Shown here: piece by piece, positions 13,350 through 26,899 of the stretch
How the letters are laid out: each line of letters begins with the position of its first letter
Position numbering within the stretch: position 1 is the stretch's first letter
DNA from: Gnetum montanum
Lineage: Eukaryota; Plantae; Gnetophyta
Direction of reading: 5' to 3'
Assembly: GCA_015680685.1 (NCBI GenBank)
Contig: MNCI01003361.1
Span: 86,942 to 150,941 of the forward strand
DNA: 64,000 nt
The notes under the pieces: model-generated
The model's input: the letters and a program-made list of their open reading frames with translations, nothing else
Told to the model about the DNA's origin: nothing
Database searches by the model: none
Translations under genes and position numbers: made by a program

Positions 13350-16300
13350 TTTTCTTACAAAGAGAGAAGGCTAGGCCAATTATATTACAAGGAAAAATAT
13401 GTACAAGTAGTTAGCAAAATAGCTTCCCCGAGAAGAGGAGGAAGCACCCCACCACCAAAGGCAAGATAACCGAAAGACCTAAAAAGGGGAGAGAAACCCC
13501 CAAATAGTTGATAACAAGAAAACAAAAATATTTTAGCATCCTAACAAACTATTAAAGTAGACTCCTAATGACCCCATACTACCTTCATACCCAAAAATCA
13601 GGAAACCATAAAACATGAGGTACAAACCTCCTTCCCCCTTCCCGTCCCCTACCACTCCCAAAATAGATAAAAGCCACAAGTCATAGTTAAAGAGGCAACT
13701 ATTGGCAAGAGCAATGTGCAATCTTCTACTTGTGAACCATATCAATAATGTCTCTATTAGCCTCTAATGACATAAATCTAGTAGCTTGCTGAAAAGTCTT
13801 GTATTATTTCTCCATTTGATCCTAAGCTTCCGTCTGCAAATGTCTAGCTATGTTAAGGTGGAGGTGTCACAAAGCCTATCTAATGAACTTCCTAAGATCC
13901 TCCCAAGGGGTGTGGCAACTAACACCCATGATGACATAGGGGTCGTGTCCAACCCAAAACCAAAGTCTTGCATTAGATTCAAGAGCTTTGGCTTGTCACA
14001 TTCGCATGACCTTCCCTAGCTGATTTTTAACCTATTGAAACATCTCCTGCTTATGGCTACTCGTCTTCTCTACCACCCTCCTGATGTCATCCCTAATTTG
14101 TTATTATAATTGGTCCTCTTGCTAGCTTCACATGGCTGCCTCTTGGAAAACTCTCTATCTCTATTCTTCCTACACCTCCTCATGCCTCCTTTCATTATCA
14201 TCCTATTGCTTAGTAAGTTGCCTATGCTACTCATCCTAGAGGCATGATTCAATTTGTTTGATGGCAACAAAAAGGTCATTCATGAATTTCACCTCTAGCT
14301 CAACACAAATCATAGTCTCCATCTTATTTAGCTGATGTTGTAAAAGCTTCTTGATATCATCATCTTTAGTGCTATTAGCCCAAGTTAAGGTCAAACAAAC
14401 AAGATAGAAGAACTAGATTCATGTTCAAAGGTAGAGAGGTCCTCTAGAAAATGGAAATCGTAGTTATGTAGAAAGGAACTAAACTCGCCTCTAGAGATGG
14501 AGGCACCATCTAGGGGTCACCACCAGAAGTAAACTTATCTCAAATAATGAGGGTTTGTTGAGGTTTGAGGAAGAATAGTTAAGCTACGTTAGTGGTATTA
14601 CAAAGAATGAGGATGAGCCTTGAACATCAATCCTACCTCCACTTCTACAAGGTCGTAAGGAAAAAATGCAATAGGTTAACCCAGCAATCAAGCTATAGAC
14701 AATGAAGAAAGGCAAAATGGACATCCTGAAGCTTGCAAACATTTCCAAAGTAAATGAAAAAGTGATCCCTAAAATTAGCCATATCTTGTCAATGCTGTGA
14801 TAGCCTAGACTGAGGCACCTATCCACTTGACATCCTAGGGATTGGACCATTGAAAAAACCTTAGCATCTTGCAGTTTGATGGTTGGGTTTGAAAGGGAGC
14901 ATGACACCTATTGCTACAATCACTTTACCCCAAAGCACAACCGCATGATAAGATACAATAGCTAAAGGTGAAAATAGGGTATTCTTGAACATATGTTTAT
15001 TCTTAGCCTTCCATAGACACCAAAGAAGCACTATCACAACGAAGTAATCATTGACAAGCACCTAAAGATGTAACCCACTAGGGATCCAAATGAGAGAGGT
15101 ATACAAATATGCATAAAGAAGATATTTTTGTGTTTCAGTAGTGTTCATCTCATAGAGGATGCATATATCATTGATTTCAAGGCCACAGTGGTGGAGAAAG
15201 ATCTTCATGGGAATAGAATTATTTTTGAAATACTAGAAAAAACATGTTAATTTTTCTGGTAGTTTTCCTTTCTATATGAAGTGCAATCTTAGACATAGCC
15301 ATAACTCTAGCTTAAAATCTCTTTACCTAGGATAGAAAGTGCCAACATAACTTTTTGTAGAACATTGTACTAATGAATAAGTCATATTAAAGAATTAAAT
15401 CTGTGTGACCAACCTCCTAGAACCTATATTTTTTCTTAATGATGGTAATCCAAAGTGCATCATCATCATTAATGATTCTCTTAGTTAAGTTATAATGATC
15501 CAAGAAAGTAAAGTCTTCAAAAGGTAAAATGCCAAGATCTCCTATTGACTTTGGCTTAGTCATATTTTCCCAAAAGACCAAAGCTTTATTTTCCTCCTAA
15601 CCAAATAAACTATCTAGTGAGCTAACTAACCTTTTTGATGACATATCTCGCCATGACAAAAAACACCGATGATGTTATCAATTTGAACAAAGACTTTATA
15701 CCCAAGAAATAATTCCTAAATCTTTGAAGTGTAAAGAAAATGGTCATGTATTCTTTTTACATGGTAGTGTAATTAAGCTATGACCCTATGATGCTTATAC
15801 TAGCATAATAAATGTAGTAGGGTGACTTCTTGTCATCATTTTCCATTAAGACAACACCTAATTCATACTCCAAGGCATCTTTCATGATATGAAATGGATG
15901 AGTTCAATCTAGACTCTCAAATACTAGGGTTTGTGTAAGCTTTTCTTTACTCATTGAAAGGTAGTATCACATTCAACATTCTACACAAACGAAACATCTT
16001 ACTTCATGAGCTTAAATAATGATTTGGCTATTTTGGAATAATCCACCCTAAATCTACAATAATAGCCAATGTGCCCGAGGAAGGATCACATCTCTTCCAC
16101 CATTATGAATATCTACATAATGTTCTATATGATGCAGCTCTTCTTAAGATCCTTGTATGAAACTTTATGATTAAGGATAATGCCCTCAATCAACATTAGC
16201 TAGCTTCTCTTCTATTTCAACCTAAGATTCACTTAACAAAAATAGTACAAAATAGTTTTAATTCTATCAAAAGCTTCCTAGAAGGTTTTACCCTATGTGA

Positions 16301-18280
16301 AAACATTATCCATGAATGCTTCACTACTAGAAAATAGTCACTACTAGACTTTGGAAAGTGACTAGAACATTACACAAAGTAAGAATTGATTATACTCAAA
16401 GTACCCATCAAGAAAGCTATAGTACTTCTAACTAGAGATGTTATCAAGCACTAGTCCATGCACAGTAACATGAATTGATCTCTAAAGGTTGCAACATTCA
16501 AAAGACTATGGTTGATACAAAGTTTTCATTCATTGCTCTTCTTTGATGCAATCATGGTTAAACTAGTCCCCTCACTATTAGAAATAGGTATGATGAAAGT
16601 GGCCCTTAAACAGTTTCATTTCTTATAAAATCCTACATGTTTGGATTAAGTTGTCATTGCAATATTTTTTGAGGTGTAACACTCAAATTCGTATAATGTG
16701 ATGCTAATAGATGGAAGGATCAATTCATGTGAGTTCATCATGAGATCAAGCAAATGCAAACTTCTATTTTGTAACTATCTTTTGTTGTTATGCCTTCTAT
16801 TAGACTGTCAAGAATGCATTGATGATAACAAGATGATCCCCTATGAAAAACATGTACTCCAAATCCTTTGAAAGTAGCTTGAGTTTCATTGGTGATGTAG
16901 GAATGTTCTAGGTTAGATTAAGTATTCTCTAAAACTCTAGATCATACTAGATTGTCTTTGTCCCCATGAAATCTAAGTTTGACATTGATGTAGATTGTAA
17001 GAAAAGAAGATTGAAGATCTTGTCATAGATGGATCTAGATTAAGAGAAACAACTTCGAACCTCCTACATGCATTCAAGTAAAACCTCCAAGATCTCCCTA
17101 GTAGTGTCATGAACCAATCATTCTTCAAGGCAAACAATATTTCTAACTATATAGAGACACTCAATAACTCAATAAGAATGTCTCTTCTTATCACAAGATT
17201 GAGAAGAATCACATGATATGAACTTATATTACATCCTTTCAATTTCATCCCTCTTAATGATTTCCATGTGAAGGCCTTAGAACATAACCTTAGCATTAAT
17301 TGTATTTAACTAGGCTTTTTTCCATGATCAAAAGATGTTATTCCTAACCTTATTATCTAGTTTAATTAAGAGGAAATCAATAGGAAAAGACCAACCCTTC
17401 AAGGTATTCATCACATCATTAACTTGTTCCATGGAGCATGTGTAAGACTAGTCAACTAGCTCCAAGCAAATGTTAATATTCTTGAGGAGGAATTCTCCAA
17501 TCAAGATATTGTTACATGGAAATGATATTAACTCTGAAATCAAAGTCATAAAAAACTAGACAATAATCTTCTTACCAATCTTGATTTGTACCATGGGACT
17601 GCAAGGATCTAATCTCTTCTGAGGATGGATGCCCTCTTTGACCACATGCATACCCACTTTGGGTACAAGGATAATTATAACACCATCATCATCAAGTCCT
17701 TGTTACATTCACTTGTCACATGTGGATGTAGAAACTTTTCCTAAGCTAGATGATTCACTCGCAAAATGCTTAGGAAATGGTAGTGGAATCTTTTCAATCT
17801 TGAACCCTATCTTTTTTTCAATACTATCCTCTTTGGTGGAAGAAAATGCTTTTCTAGATGTGATCTCATAATGCTCTCATCTTTGCTTGTGAAAGTACCT
17901 ACAACCAATGCAGTAAGTCCTTGACAACATTACTTGGTAGCGTATATTATAGAGGAATTAGAATACTAAGCAATATTATAGAACTTTACTTATCACAAAT
18001 GAGGTCAACTTTGAATTCCTTGTTTTGGAGCAGGGAATAGGAACATTTGACCTTGTTAATATTAAGGCCATGTAATCGAAGAGCTAGGTACTAGTGAGTA
18101 TTCTTGTAGAATCATTTATGATGTTTGATAATTATGGGTTGGTGAACATCATCCAAGATTGCTACATTAGAATTGGAAGGTTCCATGGAGAAATAGTCTA
18201 AGGATTTGGCTTTTACACTATTTGTACTACTGCATGGGCTATATACACATACTTTTAAGATAATATGATTTGGTAAGATA
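13350..18280 (-). mobile_element. Highly degenerate L1-clade LINE (ORF1 remnant, endonuclease, RT, zf-RVT, about 1.5-kb 3' extension)
   Basis: LLWCLWKAKNKHMF near 15000; WENMTKPKSIGDLGI near 15550; RT remnants at 15700-16550; endonuclease remnants near 17300-17600; ends approximate, no TSD found. Confidence 0.7.
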
Positions 18281-18304
18281 TAAGATCCTCCTCATTTATG
18301 TATA

Positions 18305-18690
18305 TGTAACAAAGATGTAAATACTTAGGTGGATGTTGGATGTTACTAAAAAAGATCATTCGAACAACTTTTTTATTATGAAAGGTTTGAAGGTCCTACT
18401 AATAGAGGAGAAGATTAAGGAAGGTTATCTTAGATGGTTTGGTCATGTGCTGAGAAGAAAAAAGAATGCACCCATTAGAAAATATTGTTTTATTAAAATT
18501 AAGAAAAATAATAATAAAAGGAATATCTACATACTTTCTTTTAAAGCATAAAAAAGTATATCAAATATTTGATTGTTAAAGCTTATTTTACTTTTAATAA
18601 AAAAGAATTCATATAGTTGACCCTATATAGTTTGGATAAGTAGTTGATCCCATTTTATTGAGATAAGACTAGGATGATGATGATAATGTA
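18305..18690 (+). mobile_element. RTE-clade LINE 3' fragment
   Basis: LRWMLDVTKKD...IEEKIKEGYLRWFGHVLRR...APIRK, then the conserved tail (catatagttgaccc...tttggataag) and (GAT)n microsatellite ends. Confidence 0.8.
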
Positions 18691-19081
18691 ATTAGAATAA
18701 AGATAGGGAGAAGATGATGATGATGAAAAGGCAAGCTCTCTTCTACCTTTCCACTCACAAAAATTAATTAGCATAGTAGGAATGAAATGTTATCATCTTA
18801 AAGTTAAAAATGATAAATCATAAAAATGTTTGAAGATTGGTTATATTATTTATGTCCACTCCAAGACATAGAAGATGAACAACATATTATTCCTTTGGAT
18901 TATTGTGGAAATGTTTTTTTTTTTTTTAATATGAATGAAGTATTACAAATAGAACTTTCTATGAATTATTCAATCTATGATCATCGGTAGTAGGTTAATA
19001 TCTTGAATATGTATCTATACTACATGATTATTGAACATATTTGATACTATATTGAAATACTAATTCCAATATACTTTGTAA

Positions 19082-22000
19082 ATGTTAGGATGGTAATTCA
19101 TCCTCAAGTTATATAAGGAATTTAATCCAATATATAACATGCGATTATAAAACTATCCATTGTATTAGAAATTTAGTCCATTAAAGAATAAGATTATCCA
19201 TAAACCTTGTATTAACAAAATAGTTATCTTGTGAAAGTTGAATGAATAAATGCCTCTTGATGAAGAGGTATGATGTGCTAAGATGTACAAGAATTCCTAA
19301 AAATTGATAAGAATGATATATAAGTAGAAGTAAACAAGGATAAAGAAGTAAATAAAAGTGTCTTATGAAGAAGAAGTATGCCCACATATATGCAAGAAGA
19401 AAAAATGAGAAGTTATCAATAACATATATACTTAAAGACAAAATGCATAAGATCATACATGAAGGAATAGATTGAACATACAATTCTATATTCATTAAAA
19501 GAACGAATTAAAAATATAAGTATATCTAGAAGCACAAATAAGATTTAGAATTTTGGATATAAAATTTTGTATATACTAACTCTTTATTTTCTCTTTTATA
19601 GTTTACAATTATTCATACTTTGACAAGGATTTGCAAGCTAGAGGTTATCAATTCAAATCACACTCGAGACATCATTTTATTCATCTATAATTCTTCTGAA
19701 GTATCATGTTCACTATATATCTTGGGATATACTTGTAGTCAAATTATTTTAGGTTCTAATGTCCTTTTCTTTTTCCCTTCCCCTTCTCTCCTTCCCTTCT
19801 CTCTATATCTAGAAAGAATCCTCAAACGATAAGTTGCAAAAATCATAGATTCAATATGATATTGAAGTCAAATTTTGGAAAAATAGAAAATGATCAAAAG
19901 ATCAAGAACCAAAATCCCATGAAGAATGCAAATGTGATTGCAATAAATAGGGATTTTATGAAGCTCTCTCTCTCAAAAAAAAACTTAGAGATAAAATAAT
20001 TTGAAGGAAAAAGTATCCATTGTTGAAGACATGTATCTAACATCATCCAACCATAAGATGTAGACTAAGATGATGGAACTATTGCTTAATGCTAATGATC
20101 TATGGAAAGTAGTTAGAAAATCAAAGAAAGTATTCACTAAAGATAGGTACACTTGCTACTTTAAACAAATATTTCTCATGATATTTGGAAGATGGTCCAA
20201 CGTATTAAAGTACACATAATATAGAATACATTGATGATGATGTATGATTTTGTAAATAATGCTTAAGAGAAATACCTTATTACTAAAATCTATAATATTA
20301 AAATATAGGTAAGACAATAATTAATCTTACAATCAAATTTAATATAAGCGTATCAAAATTAAAGAATAGCAGAGTAAAGGTAGAATAAAGTGATATTATT
20401 TAAGAAGTGTTGGATGTAGTTGCAAAAGAGGTTGCAAGGATAGTAAAGGCACTAAGGACTTGGGTACATCCTTAACATACCTAGTATTAATAACAGCTAA
20501 ACAATAACTACAAAAAACCAAGTTGAAACAAGAAGCCAAATCATTCAAAAAAGTAATGAATGCACATAATAGATATAAGAAATAATCAAAGATTTAATAA
20601 ATCTCAAAGGATAAAGAAGCTTATTATATCTGTAGTTGAAAAGGATATAAATATACAAATTGATAGTCTAACCTTAGGGAGTGTTTGGTTGCTCAAATTT
20701 AATGATGTTGAATCTAAAGATTTATAAATCCTAATATATCACACCTTTGGACGTGAAATCTAGAAATAGTTCAAAAGCAAAGAACTAGGTGTTTCTAATA
20801 AGAATTTGACAATTCATCTATGTAAAGTCATAGAAAACCCAATAACTTTTTAAACCCAAGAAATGGAATTTGTAGATTTAGCACCAATAAATTTGTGTAA
20901 TTAAATATGCCCTTAGAAATCTTAACGAGATCTCTGTACAACAATGGATTATAAAGAAAATGATAACAAATTAAAGCAAATATCTAATCTCAAGCAAATA
21001 TGAAAAATTATCAAATCAACAAATTAAGGAAAGATCATGTAACTATATTAAGTGATGTCTCCTTTTCATTCAAGGACTCCGTAAAAAGAAAGGTTCATAT
21101 AGTCTAGCTGATTATTCAGTTTATACTAGACATGTCACTAGTAATAAGGGGGTCTTCAAAACCACAAATTCATTTATACCTAGATAAGCCACAACTACTA
21201 TATAAGATGTTTACAAATACAAGGATGTTGGTAAAAGTCCATGTAGAAATAAATAAGGTCCAATAAAATAAAAATTAATGATGTATACTATGCTATAGAA
21301 AAAGAGAACATAATCTTCGTTGTAGAATAACAAAGATGTTATTTTGAAAAGAAAAAAATGATAAAGTCCATTGTAAAATTATTGATCAAGAAAATAAGAT
21401 AGTAGCTACAAATACAAAAGAAGATATGAAATAATTTCATCTTAATCCATCAAAAGAGACAATTTACTCCATGACATAACTAGAGATAAAGTGAATTATG
21501 ACATGCAAGATTTGAAAATTTGAGTGTTGAGTGTATAGAAAAGCTACTAAAACCAATGACAAGTTTACCCAAGTTAACATCCAAGTAAATTTAATTCTGA
21601 AACTAAGAAATTATTATATCTATATAAATACACTAGAAGCAATAAATAAATACAAAGTATAGTAGATGTATCCAATATTCATATAACTTGAAGACATCTT
21701 CTATATAATTCCCTAGAACTAAATTTAGCAGCTTGAATAGTTTATATAAAGACTAACTAGAGATTTGTCATTTTCTTCTAAAGAAATATGTTTCACAACC
21801 TTCTAATAATATATGTTTGTTCACCTTCTGCTACTTGTAGTAAACATAATCGACATATTTTATTTTCATGCTACTCATTGAGTTTCAACTTAAAAATGGT
21901 ATGATCCTATTCTTACTTTATTAATAAGTGCTCTCATAGATATTGGAATTGGTTTTAACACCACCAAATAAAAATATTATGAAGAATAATTTCATATTTA

Positions 22001-23200
22001 CAACTATACTTAAGCAATATGGTAGCTTGGGTAAATAAAAATTATAATTAGTGATAAAAGGATTTTAATAGCAAGAAGGAATTAACTTAAAGAAACATTT
22101 TCCTTGATAATTCTAATGAAGAATTTTAGAATAATTATTTTCATACAAATAAAAAAATATTTGGAAGGCATACCTATTAAATGTTAAATTAGCATTTTTA
22201 TATTAATTTCTCAAACATAATATACAATTAAGCTAATTACATATTATCGTTTACAAAAATGCATTCTTGTGGCAATACCAATATCCTTTTGATTTAAACT
22301 TTATGCAAAAGGTCCAAAAATTAATATAATACTATGGATAAATATTTAAAGCACAAATGTATTTAACAAACATGGGATTGGATATTCAATTTATTGTAAA
22401 TAGCTTAGTAGTGAAGCTTCAAGATCTCAAAAAACTAAATATGAAAATAGTTATGAATATACGAAATAATGTAAAAGGAACATTATACTTTGAATTATAA
22501 TATAAAGATAATGACTAAGTTAGTTTTAGAAGCCTACTATAATATAGATTGGGCTAGTCATCCTACTATTACATTATCCAAGATTGGATTTGTAGTATAA
22601 ATAGATGTTTGAATAATTAGGTAGCATAGTTTTAAGCGAAAGAGAAATTTTATTTCATCTATGAAAGCAAAATATAAAGCAATGAGGAAAAAACTTAAGG
22701 ATATTCTTTGGATTGACCGGTTATTAACTAAGATTAAAATTGTCCTACCAAAACCTATTGGTGATATATTATGAGTATATTGCTACAAGTAAGATTACAT
22801 AGAATGCTATTTCAATATGTAAATAAATTGAAGTAGATATGCATTTTATCCATCAAATATATGGAGACAAGTCTATCCTATTAGAATTCATCTATGCAAA
22901 TTTCAAAAAGTAGATAGATTCACTAAGCCATTACCATGTGCATACTTTTTTAGTTCACCAATAATTTTTGGTGGGGAAAATTCTCCAAGTAAGAAGTGAG
23001 AAGAAGAAACATACTCATGAAAACTTTGATCCAAAGATGATGTGAAATTATTATATTATTATGAAAATGTAGTTAAACTACTTAATAATGGACTACTTCA
23101 ATTAGTAAGTCAGAATTATTTCTCTTGAGATACTTCTTACATAAGATGATTTTCTATGCTTAGGAATTACAAAGAGAAGTGTTAAGATAATCATTCAGCT
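19082..23200 (+). mobile_element. Highly degenerate Ty1/Copia element
   Basis: TGTTAG LTR-like start; gag ..KMMELLLNANDLWKVV near 20070; RT remnants at 21900-22350; RNase H AYYNIDWAS, AKYKAM, IEVDMHFI, DRFTKPL at 22530-22935; 3' LTR not clearly recovered. Confidence 0.7.
20677..20912. mobile_element. Tourist-like (PIF/Harbinger) MITE inside the Copia element
   Basis: TTA TSD on both sides; about 40-bp degenerate TIRs gggagtgtttggttgctcaaattt...gaatcta versus reverse complement gggcatatttaattacacaaattt...aaatcta (mostly transitions). Confidence 0.7.
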
Positions 23201-23550
23201 TCAAATTACAAATTTTATGTGCTACATAATAAGAGATTATAAAACTATATGTTATAGGTGCTAGAACTAGACTTTAAACTGAACACAATGTAAAGCAAAC
23301 TAACCACTAACCTCAAAACAACTAATGCTTACAGAACAAAATAAAACCAAAAAAACATGAAAAATAAAATAAAACTAATGCTTACAGAACAGAACAAAAT
23401 TAAAAAAACATGAAAAATAAAATATAACATACTTGCATCACGGTAATTAATATGACTTCAAAATAGCGCTCACCCTAATACAAGGGTGAGACTATATTTA
23501 AAACAAAGCGTAATGAATACCGGCCATTAAAACCGGTTGGGTATCATTAC

Positions 23551-23650
23551 CTGGTACGCTATATATTGGCCTGCAGCAGTCGTAGCAAAAAGCTCATCGT
23601 CTTTGTCTTTTACTTGCAAGGACTGATACCTCCATAAGGTTGACCGCATG
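23551..23650 (-). CDS. MIKC-type MADS-box gene exon 2 (I domain)
   Basis: T-rich acceptor ...tacaaag|C ATG CGG TCA ACC TTA TGG AGG TAT CAG (MRSTLWRYQ, compare the SMxxTLERY motif) ... TAC CAG|gtaatg donor; phase matches exon 1 (GA|C = Asp). Confidence 0.85.
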
Positions 23651-23984
23651 CTTTGTATTAAAAAAAAGAAAAAAAAGCCTTACTATTAGATAAGCCTTGC
23701 TCAAACAGTATGATCATAGTTTCTTAACAAAAACTGTATAATGATGCATCTGGGCGTGGTTTTCATCGATGTAAGGGGGAAAAAAAAGCATCTATCACCA
23801 AAAGGCTCTATGGACCTTTCGGATGCACAAGCAGTGAAAAATGCTACTATGGGTGGGTAAAGAGCTTATGATGGTGCTTATCATGAAAGGATCCGGAATG
23901 CAAAGTAGAAAGAAAGTAAAACACGGAAGGTGCCTCTATCCCAACAGTTCATGGCCTTTGAGAAACAGGGATGGCACCGACCAC

Positions 23985-24775
23985 ATTTACAAATCCATGT
24001 TTCCATTAATATTAACAACCATTTTTATTTTTATAATTATTTTTATTCATAAAAACAGAATCTTTATTTTTACACAAAGCAAAGCTTGAAACCACGTTGA
24101 ACCCACGTTTTCCATACATGAGGAACAAGCTTTACCAATCCAGGTTTGGTTGATATCAACAATCATAAAATCCCTTGACATGGATGGCGCCTAAGTTTAA
24201 CTTAAGTCTTTCAACTTGAGATACAAGCTTTATAAACTCAGGTTTCCCTTAATATTAACAACCACAAAATCTATGAGAGTTTGAATTATCCCCACAAAAT
24301 TCATGAGTTTGAATTATTGTTTTGATTTTTTATTCATAAAAATAAAATTGCACAAAATACAGCTTCTTGAGAAATAATATTTCCATTGATATAACAACCA
24401 CAAAATTTGTGAGAGTTTAAATTATCGTTTTGATTTTTGATCCATAAAAACAGCAGAATTGTACAAAATAAAGCTTGAATTAATGTCTTCCTGAGAAACA
24501 AGCTTTATAAATCCAGGTTTCATTGATATCAATGACAACAAAATCTTTGAGAGTTTGAATTCTTGTTTTGATTTTTGATCAATTAAAACAGAATTGGACA
24601 AAATAAAGTTTGAACCCCCATCTTGGGCTTTGAGAAACAAGATTTATGAATCCAGGTTTCCACTGATATGGACAATCACAAAATCCGTGAAGAGTCGACA
24701 ATCGCAAAACCCGTGAAGAGTTTGAATTCTCGTTTTGATTTTTGGTCCATAAAAATAGAATTCCCCAAAATAAAA
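23985..24775. repeat. Degenerate tandem repeat (about 120-bp unit, 5-6 copies) in MADS intron 1
   Basis: Recurrent tttgaatt...ttttgatttttgatccataaaaacagaatt...gagaaacaagctttataaatccaggtttccattgatat...acaaaatc. Confidence 0.8.
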
Positions 24776-24944
24776 AAGGGGGCAGTCTCGTATCGAGAAG
24801 AACCAAAAATTACAGCGGGCAGGAAAAACCAGTAACTGCATTCAAAGTTGAGAAGGAGAAACACAATTGCGTTCCAGAAACAAGAAGAGTACAGTTAATT
24901 CGAACAAGAAGAGAAACGTATAAAATTGCAGAACAGAAACATAC

Positions 24945-25126
24945 TCGACATTTGAGTACTGGTAAAGCTGTCCCGTCTCCGAGAAGACAACGAGTGCGAT
25001 TTCAGCATCGCAAAGAAGGGCGAGTTCGCTGGATTTCTTGAGAAGGCCGTTGCTGCGCCTGCAGAAGCAGAGGTGTCGGCGGCTTGGATTTTCGATTTTT
25101 TTGAGACGTGATTTTGCTTTTTCCAT
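24945..25126 (-). CDS. MIKC-type MADS-box transcription factor exon 1 (divergent MADS domain)
   Basis: [60 protein letters not shown]; canonical 182-bp first exon ending GA|gtatgt; an in-frame upstream ATG at 25153 is possible. Confidence 0.93.
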
Positions 25127-26381
25127 GAGAGCCGTTGCTGATTTCGATTTCATTTTGCTGCAAAGGGAACTGCCCCCCAAGAATTGGGACTTGATTTTGC
25201 TGGAAAGGAATTGCCTCCCAGAATTGGAATTCTAGAAGATGCCACTGCCGCTAAAACAGAGAGCCAAATCTAAAACTGTTGCCTGGGGTTGCATAATACA
25301 TGTCGGCCTGGCCACGTCGAATTCGCTCTCCGTGAATTGCTATGACACCTCATCTCTGCACATTCGTAGGAAAATCGGGAAATTCGCTGTTGGGTTTGGG
25401 AAAGAAGGCCCCATGTCTTTCACATGTAAGTCTGCAATCTTTATGATTTTTCACATCGGCCCCACTCACAGTCCCTCCTGTATTTTCAGACCAAGACTTT
25501 TGATTCGACTCTTTCTTTCTTAAACGTCTTCGGACTCTTTGGACACCGTCCGATTGTTAAGCTTTTTCAGAAAAACAAGGGTTTGAAACTCTTGTAACAA
25601 TAGCCTTGTTTTGTAGAAAATTACAGCTTTGAAACTCTTCCAATATCGTGAAACTGAAATTTATATACAGGGATTTGAGTTTTGAAAATATCATTAAGAA
25701 AACTATTCAGTAGTATTTTACAGGAATAAAGATAAGCAACAGAAAAAAATAGCGTATTTACTGGAAGCATAGTTGAATGTGGTGTTTGTTGCTCACTTTG
25801 AATCACTTTAAAAGAGTTAAAATTCTGTATTTGAATTCTAACTTTAACAAAAGAAAAGAAAAAGCAGTAAATCCAAACACTATCGATTTTTTTTTCTTTT
25901 TTCCAATTTTGCTGAGTTGAATTTGAGTTTTATCTCAATTTATTTCAATTTTTGAGATTGATTTTTAAAATTTGTTGCAGTAAGATAACGATAACAGAAA
26001 AAGATGGTAAAGGTTGCAAGAATTACACTACAGAAATGCTCTGCATTTTAAACTTATAAGCGCATGAACGTCAAATCGTGTTTACCTTGTCCCCAGCAAG
26101 TAATATTAGGCATTTGGGGAATATTCTACGCCATACACATAACAGTAACCAAATTTCTTAAAATCTTGTAACTATTTAGATAACGTACACAGGCGTTGCC
26201 AAGCACCATTCTTCTCGTGGCAATGGATATTTGTCTGCAGAGGTCCGCTTTTCGTGCCACGTATTTATTTGTCCAGGGGAATCCGGTGACAAATTTTGGA
26301 ATGAATTTTGGTCATTACGTTAAGTTACGATGCGGCTTTTGTTCCCTTCTATATATTTTGTAAGTTTTTTATAATTAGCTT

Positions 26382-26828
26382 AGATATATCTTTAGGAATT
26401 CGTTGAGAGGATTTTCTAACCTTTTATTTTTTCTTCAAAGTTGATAGTTGGATGACGCAACAAGTCTGATGGAAACCGAATTACTCTTGCCTCTTCTCTT
26501 GCTCTGCACTTTTCCTATCTATGTTGTACCCTCTCAATCCAATTTGTTCCTTCAATGTTTTTCCAAAGTGTTTTTGAAATATCAATCTCCAACATAAATA
26601 ACAAAAACATCAATCTTTAGCATAAATAACAACTCAAAAATGTGTTGGACAAGCATTGAAAAAACAAATTGCACTAAGAGGTGCAAAGAAAACGCGAAAG
26701 CGATAAGAGGAAGAGAGAATGCATGAATGATTTGGTTTTCATCAAACTTATTACCTTGTCCAATAGTTAGGCTTTTAAGAGAGAATGAAAACTTAGAAGA
26801 TCCTCTTATGAATTCATAGAGATATCTC
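26382..26828. repeat. Degenerate foldback (about 195-bp arms, about 60-bp loop containing a short direct repeat)
   Basis: 26382-26578 aligns with the reverse complement of about 26636-26828 (gagaggattttctaa.../aagtctgatggaaaccgaat.../caatttgttccttcaatg...); the loop has atcaatctYYaRcataaataacaa twice. Confidence 0.7.
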
Positions 26829-26899
26829 CAATTCAGTTCTCTGGTAATGACTTATTAATAATAGATTATGATTAAGAATTTTAAAGTCATACTCTTTGG

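Noticed and set aside
24842-24944. Single-exon type I MADS ORF as in the ORF track (112 aa)
   Set aside because: The read-through tail is T-rich intron after a canonical GT donor, a matching I-domain exon 2 exists, and the TTG start at 25180 is not a plausible initiator.
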